Below are positions 52,194 to 64,000 of a DNA stretch of 64,000 nucleotides, one piece after another. The stretch spans positions 4,838,001 to 4,902,000 of the forward strand of contig CM119372.1 in NCBI GenBank assembly GCA_051294905.1, given 5' to 3'. A model generated the notes under the pieces. The model worked only from the letters and a program-made list of their open reading frames with translations. It had not been told where the DNA came from and searched no databases. A program made the position numbers and the translations under genes. Origin of the DNA: Botryllus schlosseri. Its lineage: Eukaryota. Position 1 is the first letter of the stretch, and each line of letters opens with the position of its first letter.

Positions 52194-53377
52194 CAGGGGT
52201 CGCCAACTCAAAATAGGTCGCGGGCCACTTTTCCAAATTCCTGGAGGCCGCGGGCCGCATGACATCAATATCGATATAAAAGTAGGCAACGCAGTTCAAC
52301 AACCACGTCTGATAACTCTACGTTATTACAACGCTGTGCTTTCTAACATAGGCGACGGTTATAGTCACCACAAAAGAACTAATATTTTATTGAACAAACA
52401 CAAATACAACAAAAAGTATCATGATCATCAATGTCATTATATTTTGGACTATGAGCTGTACACGATACCTGACAATGACAACACTCTTTAGCCGCTAAAA
52501 CGGGGGTGGCCAACATTTTTGTAATTCACGGCCGCATTTCGCGTACTCATGTAGCCTGCGGCGACATACCGGTGGTTAGTCGTGATAAACTAGCTGGGGC
52601 CAAATACCCACGTTATCATGTCCATGTCCATTGCCGGTACACTCCGAACTAATCTATATGCACATATCGGCTGACTATGCGCACCAAATCGTTAGTAGTT
52701 TTGTTGTAAAGAGCCACAGAGAACCAATCTGTAGTCGCGCGAAGCGCGAAAAAATTTTCATGTTCATGAGTGAATTTCGTCAATAAATATTAGTATAGTT
52801 TCACATATCACTATAAAATATTTATCCTTTCTCGGCCAATGTGATCAGATTCCCAGATACAGCTGATGCAGGGGGTATCTGCGAAAACTTAGGGTTGTTA
52901 TTACAAGTGTCGACAGCCGCATAATATTCCTTCTACTGCTGCAGATTGGCCACCCATGGATTGAAGAATCAATATTGGGGTTAGCTATACACGGTAGGCC
53001 TACTTGCTAGACAACTATCTCTTCGTAAAGCATGGTCTTTTGGAGCGCCCGAAGTCGTTTTGCAGGCTTCTCGGTCTTGGCAGTGGTGGGCCATTGCACG
53101 TCAAGGCAATATGCCCATTCGTACCAGCAAATTCTTCATCCATGGAATGATATTACCATGCCGAAGCCGTATCAACTAGTGAGTAATAGTAATAGTGGGC
53201 ACATAGAATGGCTCACATTGAAAAACAACAACATTATGTTTCAACTGAAATCAATTTTAGCGTTTCAACATGATTTACTAAGCGTTTTTCTGAATTTTTT
53301 TCAAATCAGGTCGCGGGCCGCAAAATAGGACCTCGCGGGCCGCATGCGGCCCGCGGGCCGCGTGTTGGAGACCCCTG
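52194..53377. mobile_element. hAT-type MITE (CAGGGGTC...GACCCCTG; GCGGGCC repeats) with a nested element at ~52501-52958
   Basis: TIRs and exact TSD ATCTAGTC; the inner CGGGGGTGGCCAA...TTGGCCACCCATG segment is related to 6311-7177. Confidence 0.9.
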
Positions 53378-56300
53378 ATCTAGTCGGTGTTTTCTGCCAC
53401 ATACCATGGTTACTTGTCAGGTCTAACATTGTGTCAAGGCAACCTTGTATGCTGGCAGGCTTGAGTAAAGCAATATTATGACACTTTCAAGGTAGTGAGA
53501 CTGTACTCGTAAGTTAAATCGGTTGGTTTGCTAAACATGATACGCATCCTACACTTCCCGGTGCTAATTGCTCGTGCGATTGTAGGTAGATGTGTCGGAA
53601 GCTTGCAAAAGTACGGCGACTCTCGGTGAAGACAAATCTATCGGATTTTCGTTTTCGTGTGAGAGTAATTGGCAGTTTGGTTAAGTTATCCGGCGTTCTG
53701 GATGTGACGTCGAGTCGAAGCGGTTGGCAACATATATTCAGCCTTAATTGAGGTTAATTACGTCACTCGGCCAAATTAGTCAGTCTAATTCCGAAAACCC
53801 AGGAAAGGACCTCGATATTATTACATACAAGCGAAACGTCGAAGGGATCATAAATTGTCGACTGCAGTAATGGCTGAACTAGTCTGCTATAAGCCCACGG
53901 TATATATTGTTGGTTCCAAATGGCTCATTCGACTAAACGCTGCTTTCCTTCGAAACCTGTTGTGGCCCTGTACAATATACTAGCCACAGATGACTGCTAT
54001 ATTACAAATTTCCCTATGGAGCCTTGGATTTCAATTTATATATATTTTCTCATAAAATTTATTCTTAAAAATATTAAGTATGCCAATAAACGTCTCGACA
54101 TCTCTAAACCGTTCGCATATGCTCACTAAGTATGAATCAATGTAATTGCCACTATGCTTGCCCATAAGATATGCAATGGATCACCAAAAAGTAAGTGAAT
54201 CAAACAGAACCGGGACTGTCTTTCATGAACTCATCTCATGAACTTTCATGAATATCATCGAATGGTGTGCAGCGAACGTTACGCAAATGCGCATATTTAT
54301 GGAAACGGTAAATTAAAATTATTTACATGTATTTGTTAATGTATTCTTTATATAGTGATGTATAGATTATCATAACACACTGTAACCAACACAAATTTAT
54401 CAGACAGTGATACCGCAAGTTTTCACCAGAAAGTTATATTGATGGTTCCAGACGATTATGTCTAGAAAATGATCCAAGACCAAAATTATCTATTTACATT
54501 CACAGTCCTTATTATGGTAATGATTAATTCTATAGTGTGGTGCGTTGATTACGTGAATTGGGTAGCGCACTGGATTTAAGTTACACTCGAGATTAACCTA
54601 TTACATCCACTCAAAGGACAACATTGAATTGGGTCCCGATTTATGAGCTGTGTTTACGGTAATCTACCTTGCCAAAAGTCACTGATATTCTCACTTGTAT
54701 TCTGTTAACTCCATGATGGATATTGAATGTTCCGGAAAGTTGACGTAAATTAAATCATGACCGCGATCAAATTTACAACTCATACGTGGGCCATGCGCAC
54801 TACGCATTGACGAATTCCGGATGATTAAGCTGATTTTCATTTGGTTTTTAAACTCCACGCCTTAAACTGGCGCATGATTTGCATTCGCCAGACGCGACAG
54901 TTGGGACACTTCCGTGAAAACTCACGTAACGTATTAACGGGATCCATGAGTCAACCGTTTGGGTGTAGTTCGGCCCTTCATTTCTCGAACGATGATTCAA
55001 AATGATATCTGTATATGACGGCCGTCAACATCGCGCGCTGAAATCCTTTGAAGATAATGGCGGAGAGTTGTCGGGCGGACAATGTCTTAAGATAAGATCT
55101 GCAGCTCGTAAGGTGTCACGACAATTTCTCGTGATGGCAATTGATGATTGCTCTGATATTCGAGGATTCGTGGGCCGCGAAAGTTGCACCGAACGCAATG
55201 TTATCGGGAACGACAGGGGAGAATAAGTCTTGAAATTCCCGACAACAGAAAGAAGGGATTTCGTGGCATCATATTTTGACTCTCGCCAGTTGCATGTATA
55301 TGCATTGTGTAAATACATGGACACGGTCTTAAAAACATCAGTACGATATGAAATTTTGAAAATGAAAATCTGACAGGACTTGAGAATCGCGGACAGAAAG
55401 TATCGATCCCAATTCGATCCGGAAACTCGGGCTTCTCCGTCATACACCGCTGGAGAGTATTGAGAGGAATTTTGAATGATATTTCGTTTGATCCGTGACC
55501 CGAGGGCACGCAGTGACAAGACAAGTAATCGCAAGTAGCTCGCAACGAGCGCGGGACATGTACGAGAAGAAGAACGAGGAAAAACACTTGAGCCCGGACG
55601 AATAAGAAAAATATTGAGAAAACTATTTCAAGTCAAGTACCAATGTTTGATGGAGGATGTAGCATTCTATCATAGGATCCATCTGCACAATTGACGCGGG
55701 ATGTAAATGAAATTGTTCAATCTCTTTTTCGCCAGAGGGAACGGGATTGGAAAAACAAATAATGACGACGAAACATTAACGAAGTGGGGTGTTAGCTACG
55801 GCGTTCTGAGGTGTCTTGTATATGCAACACACGAACGTGCTCAAAGTCTACACATCATGTGTGAAACAGGTGGAGTAGGAAAAATCAGAAATTAAATCGT
55901 GCTACCGACGAACAGACGTTATATTCAATAATCCGCGACACAGCAATTGCGCGATAGTTGGAGAATGATGGGATTTGTCAGGTATGCGAACATATGCGGT
56001 TGAGCGACACGACGGGTACACCTGCAAGCTTGTCGAGGTGGGATCAAAGTGTTATGAAGTGAGATCTGTTTTGAGATGATGGTATTTACCCCAGCCGACT
56101 AAAAATGAGTGCAAAGTGAAGCGAAGTGTAAACGCGCTCCCATTCGGCGTATATTTTACGGTCGTCAGCTTGTGACGAGTGTGAGTGTACAGATGCTGGA
56201 TGTTATAGCAACAGTTAGTACGGTGTATTCAATTTTTGTAGACTTGGGAGAAAATTGATGCAGGGTATCAGTCAAATATATTTGACAGATTGGTGATATA

Positions 56301-58425
56301 ATGGGTTCAAGAGAATATCGTAGGTACGCAAGCGTGTCCGTGCAGTCAGCATGAACACCGTTTGGTTATCCAATTCCTCTTGCCAGTGACTATATCCATT
56401 TTGTAAGGCATATGAATTATGGATGTATTTGATGTTATTACACCGTGTTCTGTGGTTGTAACTAACCTGCGCTAGCGCTTCTTGGGCTAAACTTCCAAGA
56501 ATCCAAAGTATCTTTTAGGTATCACCTGACAGAAATGAAATCCTATAGAATTGTGATGCAGAGAATGTAAGACTTTGCACAGGAGCGAAGCTCGTGAAGT
56601 TTACTTCAGGCAAAAGATCTCAACACGACAGTGTGGAGAGAAGAAACTTTAGAAAGACGGTTACGAGCCGAATCGTATTAGAGGAAGACACGCGATAGCG
56701 CCGTGTGCAAATGCGACGCCGTATCAGCTATTCCGAAATACGAATATATCCCTTGCATACGCCCCGCCAAATTTTCTTATTTACACGGCCAAGGTTAACA
56801 GCAGAAAATTTGCCGACGCGTTCAGCCATTTTGTTTCAGATGCTCGAGAAAGAAGCAGTGAATCATTCAGCCCTTCAGGCAAATCGCCATTTTTAGATCA
56901 GGACGTAGGTGACGCATGAGAGTACTCATAAGATTTTGAATTCGTATGAGAGAGGACATATAGAAATAAACTTATCGACTCTGCAGGTATGAACACAAGC
57001 GCTGTTCCGCAACGTCTAAAATGTTTGTTTGTTTTCAGAAATTTTTAGCATTGATACATCTAAGTATACACTCGAATATCGGTTAATTGATATTGTTGTA
57101 TCGACAGCCAGGTTTCATTTGTGGAAAGAGGAAATACGGAGGGATCCGTGACAGTTTCAATACTCTAAGAAATGGTGATGGTGAGTTTTTTTCCGTAATT
57201 AGAAGTTATTGAAACGTAATTTACTATTGCATGTAGCTGAATAAAATTATTGCTTACCGCATAAACAATGTATTCCGACCGCAAGTATAGTGTCTCAATT
57301 GAACGCACGGGTAATTGGAAATAAATATAGGCTACGTATGTGCGGGCTGAACGTTGAACGATCTCAGAGCTGGTAATTGCTCGCGGATTCCTGCATTATC
57401 ATCACAAGCTGCTCATAAATCATGGGTTAATCAAGTGCATATTTCCGATAACGTTACCCGGCGCGTGCTCAATGTTGAACCTAGCAACGTGTACCATATA
57501 AAACATGCATCAAATGTAGTTATGCGAATGTGATGCGGTGCATTCTAATATTTTGGGATGTTTCCTTGTTGCGTGCAGTCGCCTCGTAACTTTTATTTAT
57601 GAGCTTCGGATATCGGAATAAAAAGACGGAGTTTACTGTGTCTGTTCGGCATTGGCGTGTCGTCTGCCCTCATTATTTTGATTAATAACATAATTAGAAA
57701 TTTTATTGCGATCGCTGTGGTTAACTGCCCAGGAATTTTTAATTGACCATGCCATTACAAGCCGCAAGAAAAGCAAAGTTCGTTACTAATATTGTATGTT
57801 GTAGCGATGTCGAGATATGGAATTTGGTAAATAAACAAGATGTTAGATATTATTATCACTAAGGTGAGCATCTTTGTAAACTCAGTGTCGGCACTTTTGA
57901 TCGTACATAGTACGGTGGTTATCGGTGAGAAAGATACGGCACACTATCCTTCATTGATCATGGAACATTTCCTTTCGCCCGGGGCTATCGCGTCGACAGT
58001 TAGAACAAGTGCCTCGCAAGGGGCGGGTCGATCATGTTCCACTGCCGTGTTTGTTTTGACATAGAAACGTCTGATGATTACCATGATTCGCGACGCACAG
58101 GTCTTATCAATGTCATCTACTAGTTATACATTCAAAAAAATAAATACTGATCGACCGCAAAGCGGAGATCCAGTTAATGTTAAATTTTCATAGCGACAGT
58201 AAACTTCGTTATTGTCATTACTAAGCTCTGTTAGCCATCAATCTTACTACTATTACATTATATTTTGACGCGTACCATGCTTGGTTTTCGAACTACACGT
58301 TACAAGTCAGCAAAGGTCAAAAGCTCCTATTAATATCTCCGCGCGGACGCGTCGGCGCACAATACGTAGAGACACTTCACGTGCTTATTGGAAATGCATT
58401 GATTTTTCAGCACACCGAGAGTCAA

Positions 58426-58834
58426 ATGAGTGCTTACAGTTACGGCTACGATTCTGGCGCAGCTGCCGCCGCTGCGTCTGGATACTTTGGAAACCCAAGA
58501 GGCGCGTCAAGTTTTGGTAACGTCGCAGGAGGATACAATGGGCCGGCGTCGACCTACATGCCACACTACGCCTCATCCCAAAGCATCGCGGGACAAGGAC
58601 CGCCGATTGGTGCTTCAGCTGGGGGCAGTCCCATCGGGCACGGAGGACCACCGTCTCAAAACCTTCACCACGCTACGGGGTATGCGGGAGGCCCACCGCC
58701 TCACTCCCTTGGCTCGCCAAGTGGTGGGGGGTTCCACGGGTTAGCTTATGGCAGCCCCGGACACACTTACGGCAGCATTATGAACCAATATTCCAACTGT
58801 GGCGGACTGGGGGATGCGGTTGTACTCCATCAAG
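58426..58834 (+). CDS. First or early coding exon of a third plus-strand transcription-factor-like gene (MSAYSYGYDSGAAAAAASGYFG...), possibly Hox10; remainder not found in the window
   Basis: GC-rich ORF with Gly/Ser/Tyr/His/poly-Ala composition typical of Hox N-termini. Acceptor TTTTTCAG lies 15 nt upstream of the ATG; donor CAAG|GTGCGT is phase 1. Identity is inferred from position only. Confidence 0.65.
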
Positions 58835-60843
58835 GTGCGTTTATGATTATTGTTTTTGAGGATTTGTAAACAGGGTATGGTGATACCTGCATTTGTAGTT
58901 TATAGCTGAAATAATATGTTCATACTTATAACCAGATGCTTTTCGAGATGTCACTAATCAATCATCTCTAAATGTAATTCACAGAGATGTCAATGCGACA
59001 AAGAGTGGGTTTCATTCACCAATGTACGATCATCTAATTCACAATAGTTTTTATAAGTGTTCAAGGTAATAGCGACATATGGCTAATATTCATGATTCAT
59101 TACACAGTTGAAATTTTATACAACGCACAAGATATGTGTATTGGATGTTGACAGGCTCAGTTAGTTATAACGTTATGTAAGACAAAAGACGGTGTATCAA
59201 GGAATTTTAACGGAAACACGATATGCATATCTATGCAATATAATATATAGTATAATCGGCATACGACGTCCATATCTGATACTAAACCGCACTATACCTC
59301 ATTAAAACGAGCGGATATTTGTGTTTCAAATTATGAAAACACCTCGCATAAGCGACTAACATTTATAGCCATAGCGTAGACCGCAGTGAATGTATGCCAA
59401 CCAAAAAATATCACGTACGGGGACACTATGGTGATGTAGTCACACTATCCGGGATCGTAAAGCTGGACATTTATTTTTCTGGGTGTATGATAACTCGTAA
59501 ATATACAATGTGCACCAGCAAATCTATTTCATCGAAATTATATTTTATACTATTATTTTCACGTATAACTACGTTGGTTACTACTGCCTAATTCATACGT
59601 AAAATCTTCTCAAGTAACTGGAAAACTCAATAATCATTTTTATTGTCCGGGCAACCGTTTCGGTGCGTAAAGGATGCAAATTCGCAAAATGCGCCTCCAA
59701 TCTATGTTTAGGAGGACCTCGATTGGTCATTTCAAAACCAATTTATCACTTCGCGATGTTTAATGTAAAGTCCCGATTTTATATTGACACTCGCGTGTCT
59801 ATAATTACTATTTACATACGGTCATGAAGATAGCGGAGTATGTCGATGATAATTACAAATCGTAATTATGGATAATACCGCAAATTTGAAGAAAACATTG
59901 TTTATTTAATAGTGTCGATCTGGAGAAGCCTTAGTATGATAATGAGATACTTTTGTAAGTGTGATCACCTATAGAGGCGAATTAAACAATTCTTTAAATT
60001 GCGCAAATCCCTATCATTTTCGCTACTCATCGTATATTTCACAAAACTATAGGTTGATCACCATATATACCTAGCACTTCGAACACGTCGATTATCCGCG
60101 ATCCTTTTGACAGAGATACTTTATGGAAATTCCGTACAAAACCGAATGTATTATCTACATACCATGGCCAAGTCTTCATGTTTTTTCGTGTATCGTGTGT
60201 AACAACAACTCAGGTTATTTTTTTCACTTTAATATAGAACCGTGATCTTTAAAGTACTTGAGATGTTTCAGTGCCAAGGTTACTCACTACCGATATCTGT
60301 CCGTGAGGATTTGTATGTGAACGGCATGTCTCCCAGCAGGCGAAATACAAGTGGATTAATGTGTCTCCTTGAAGTTAGAATGCGTTCGTCTTCAACAGTG
60401 ATAGTGTATATGTCATGTTAGAAATATAGAAAGACAGTTGCCTCGTCTGATTAATTGCGTCCTTGATACACGTATGGTAACTTGACCTCAAACGCGCCTT
60501 GTCTGTCGAATAAGTAAAGAGGCGTGTGGATACTTTTCCAACGAGATATACTGATTCACCTTCCTGTGAATCCGTTTATGGATAAAGCACCTTATCGAGA
60601 TATACGCTGATAACTATCTGACTGTAACGCTGTATCCCGGAGTCTCATAGTTTGAGGGATTATTTATTGGTACATTTTGCCATTTATTTTAAAAAAAAAT
60701 ACAGAATTGCTCAGTAAATGGTTTGTCCGAAAAATAAGGTATCAATTCCGAATATATTTTCTAATTTAGCTAGCTGATCGATTGGTTTCTAATTTTGGAA
60801 ATCAATTTCTCTAATGTACCCTACATCACACAAGTGATGTAAA

Positions 60844-60962
60844 TCCAACCCTAACCTACCCCTAACCCGTAATTAACCCACATGCTCATGTGTCGCATGC
60901 CAAATTGTCGCATGCCGAAGTCTCGCATGCTGTAATGTCGCATGCTCATATGTCCACGGACC
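60844..60962. repeat. CCCTAA-like motifs followed by about five 15-bp tandem units (TGTCGCATGC-N5); probable transposon terminus
   Basis: CGCATGC/CATGC recurs with 15-nt period from ~60880 to ~60950. Confidence 0.65.
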
Positions 60963-63900
60963 TTTCGTATACAACGATTTTGAGAAAGCATGCATAGGAA
61001 AGAGAACTCAACTCAAATCCGAGAAAGTCACTCGTGGGATCGTTTTGATAGTGCTGAATATATATTCTTGCTTTTATCTGAAGCAACGCTCATTACGTGA
61101 TGACGGCATTCATATAATAATCGGGTGATGAACATTTGAATCACGTAAGTCCGAAAAGCGAGAAAATTGGAAACATCACTTGGCGAACTATGGACGCCAG
61201 ACTACTCCTTCCTAATTTTAAACTTCATTGTGGCATTGCATTCATTTCAACATCACACTTGTATATGACGTTTATTCATTTTTAAATATGTAAAATAAAA
61301 TATACAGCTGCGGACTCGTTTACAGCACGGTATACACCATGCCTTCTGCATGCTGTTGGATGAGAAATTATACGTCCTTACTGATATAGGTTCATTCATA
61401 TGTGTGTCAAGGTCAGGTCATAATTAGTATTCTATAAAGCGGGGTAAAAAGACTTCTCTATACTGATATAGACATGTGGAAGGCCCTGCTTCACACGATA
61501 TATGCAGAGGAGTGTGTTATTGGTGCGAAATGACCCTCAGTGGAAGCTTCACGACAGTGCATAATGTGTGTCAGCGACATAGCAGCATGCGAACTGTCAT
61601 CATTGATTTAGTCTTAAATTCATTCCAAATCAGTTAACATATAAAGTCGGACATTTCAGTCATGTGTTGCATTATGAAAATAATTCCAGTGAGATCACGC
61701 AGATATGGGGGCTTTGTCCTTAAAAAGGAAGCCGCTTTGAAAAGGCGTTAACGCAAATCCAGTGGCCTCTTTACCTAGATCTGGCGCGGTGCGCTGTGTT
61801 CACCGAGGTCGAAACTTTCTTAATTGCTTTAGTAAACAACTATGGCGATGGTTATATACTGATGTGTCCCTATTACTCATTGCAAATTCAGAGGGTGCGC
61901 TCGTGCGTTTAACTCATTAATATCACCCCATAAGCACCGCCGTCATTTGATACCACTTCAGCACCCAAACCTTTATCACTTTAGACCTCGGCATAATTTC
62001 ACAAAGTTCAGAGATTTATGGTTTTACGGAATAAATTTGATGTTGGAGCGTCCGGCTTCTGGATCGATAGTACGGGGATTCAATTGCGGTCCCGGCCAGA
62101 CCAAAGACTGAATCCCGAAGCTCGTCAAACTGAATCCACGGATTACCCGAATATCGTGGAGAGGGGGAATTTGTTGTTCTGTCTTGATAACTTGACAGCT
62201 TCTTCACATCTCCAGCGTCCAAGCACCTCGATGGTGCAGACGAGAATCAAAATGCCTTCCTCATTAGACAATACTGAACACGCGCGCCATGATCGGTCAG
62301 CATATATTTGGGCCATGCATCACACGAACATGGTCCTACATGCATAGTCCTCGCCATTATGAAACAAAGTTTCTTGACACGGGATGTACGAGCCACCAAC
62401 AGGCGCATATGAAGCCTGTGACGCCGTTTAGAGCAAATGCGGAAATATGGTACGTCATTTGCGGTTGGCTGATATGGAAAAGTGAATGATGCGGCGTCTC
62501 ATTAAATCAATTAAATTACGATACTTGTACGCTATGGTCGAGCTTAATTCGTAACGCCATTTTTCATTGAAATAATTAAGGAGTCCGTCGCTATTGTGAC
62601 ACCGGTATATTTAGGAATTTATCTCAGAGTAAAACACATTGGTGAACTCATGATCTGAATCAGATCCGCGAAAGCGGTATCCAACAAAGGCCTGGTACGA
62701 ACATGGCCCGTGTTGTACGTCGGCTGCATCGGAATCATAAACAAGATGGATCGCACATAACGTACTTCCGTATAATGCAGGGTGCACATTAACCCGTTAA
62801 TTCTTTTAAACTGTCGGCATATAACCTCCCCCAGAAGCTACAAACGAATTCAATTCAATCGACGATAGTATATTGAAAATTTCTCGGCACGAATTTGTCA
62901 TCGTCCGGTAGTTATTGTAACATTCGGTTGACCGTAACGTACAACAAATTCCATTCATGTTTGTTCGAATGTAGCAAAGGATCTGAATGTCGGGGGGATC
63001 GATTCCCAAGACAGCAAACTGCAGACATGGGGCGGAAATATTAACAACCAAAATATCATATTTTCCCGTTAATTACTCGTTACTATAACCCGAGATATTT
63101 ACGATAGCCCCCCACAAAATATTACTATGTGGGTGATTCAGGTCAATAAGCAAGACCCAACGATAATGCTAGCGTGTGAAAGTTGAAATCGCGCTCACAG
63201 TCTCAATATAGCGGCGTTCGTGTTACAAATATTCGTCCGGTAATAACAGGTTTATTAAGCTCCGTGACATAGGGATGAGTCCGTTCCTATGACTACACGC
63301 TTCCTATACGGGCAGCAACGTACGAGCGAGTGAGTGTAATCCAGTGTCTCTGTCACTTCCATTATGAACTTCGCAGTATTGAAATTATAGAACAACCTGC
63401 TCACGTAGGAAGAAACGATCTTTAGTAATGGTAAAGCAGTATGGCGTGAGAACAACTACAACGCCGTCAGAGCGTCCCGCAACGATAATGTAGACGCCCA
63501 GGCAAGATTACTAAACCTTGTCAGCCTCGACATAGGTGTGCTCGTGACATATGTGAAAACGCATTCGTTTTGCGTTACATATGCACAAAGATACACGTCC
63601 GCCATTTTGAATCGCGTTCCCAAACTCTTCGCGAAATACAGTTGTATTCTATGTTGAGGGTATTTCAATTCAAAACGCTATGCATCCTTGAACTAGTCGA
63701 AAATGCGTCATGGCCATCTGTTATTCCCTTTATCCTTTGAGAACCACGATCTGACAGATGATAAATCTCGGGCCTGCATAGATTGCGACAATTTCTCAAA
63801 TAAGGACATCATGAAAGTCAAATCAATTGTCCTGAAGATGATAGATTTTGAATTGCGTAATGCGTAAGAAAAATTACAGTGTGTTGGTTATCTTCACAAA

Positions 63901-64000
63901 TATCTGGCGGACGAAATTTGATACTTTGATTGCTATTCTTCAGATCGAAGCTATCGGAGTGTAGCAGGTCATAGGACATAATTGCATGTGTGCGCGATTC

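Noticed and set aside
55025..55587. 169-aa and 128-aa minus-strand ORFs
   Set aside because: No domain resemblance or coding-like composition; overlapping frames look like chance.
58835..64000. Homeobox exon for the third gene
   Set aside because: No KIWFQN-like coding sequence found in any listed ORF or by eye; presumably beyond the window.

Overview
Eukaryotic genomic DNA, most likely from an ascidian/tunicate (inferred from the homeodomain sequences, 64-71 nt introns and gene layout). It carries part of a rearranged posterior Hox cluster: a Hox12-type gene on the minus strand (4 exons, 11699-13597), a divergently transcribed Hox13-type gene on the plus strand (3 exons, 22367-36863), and a Gly/Tyr/Ser/His-rich coding exon at 58426-58834 of a third plus-strand gene, possibly Hox10, whose homeobox is not in the window. 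The main surprise is a compact plus-strand hairpin cluster at about 9950-10250, convergent with the Hox12 3' end: a clear miR-196 precursor, an unassigned hairpin, and a divergent hairpin with the miR-10 seed. In vertebrates these two Hox-embedded miRNA families sit far apart in the cluster. The window is also rich in non-autonomous hAT-type elements with 8-bp TSDs (nested up to four deep in Hox13 intron 1), tRNA-derived SINEs, LINE-like 3' ends, and a 5'-truncated Penelope-like element (GIY-YIG ORF) followed by a minimal hammerhead ribozyme motif. All calls were made by eye; no searches or folding programs were run.
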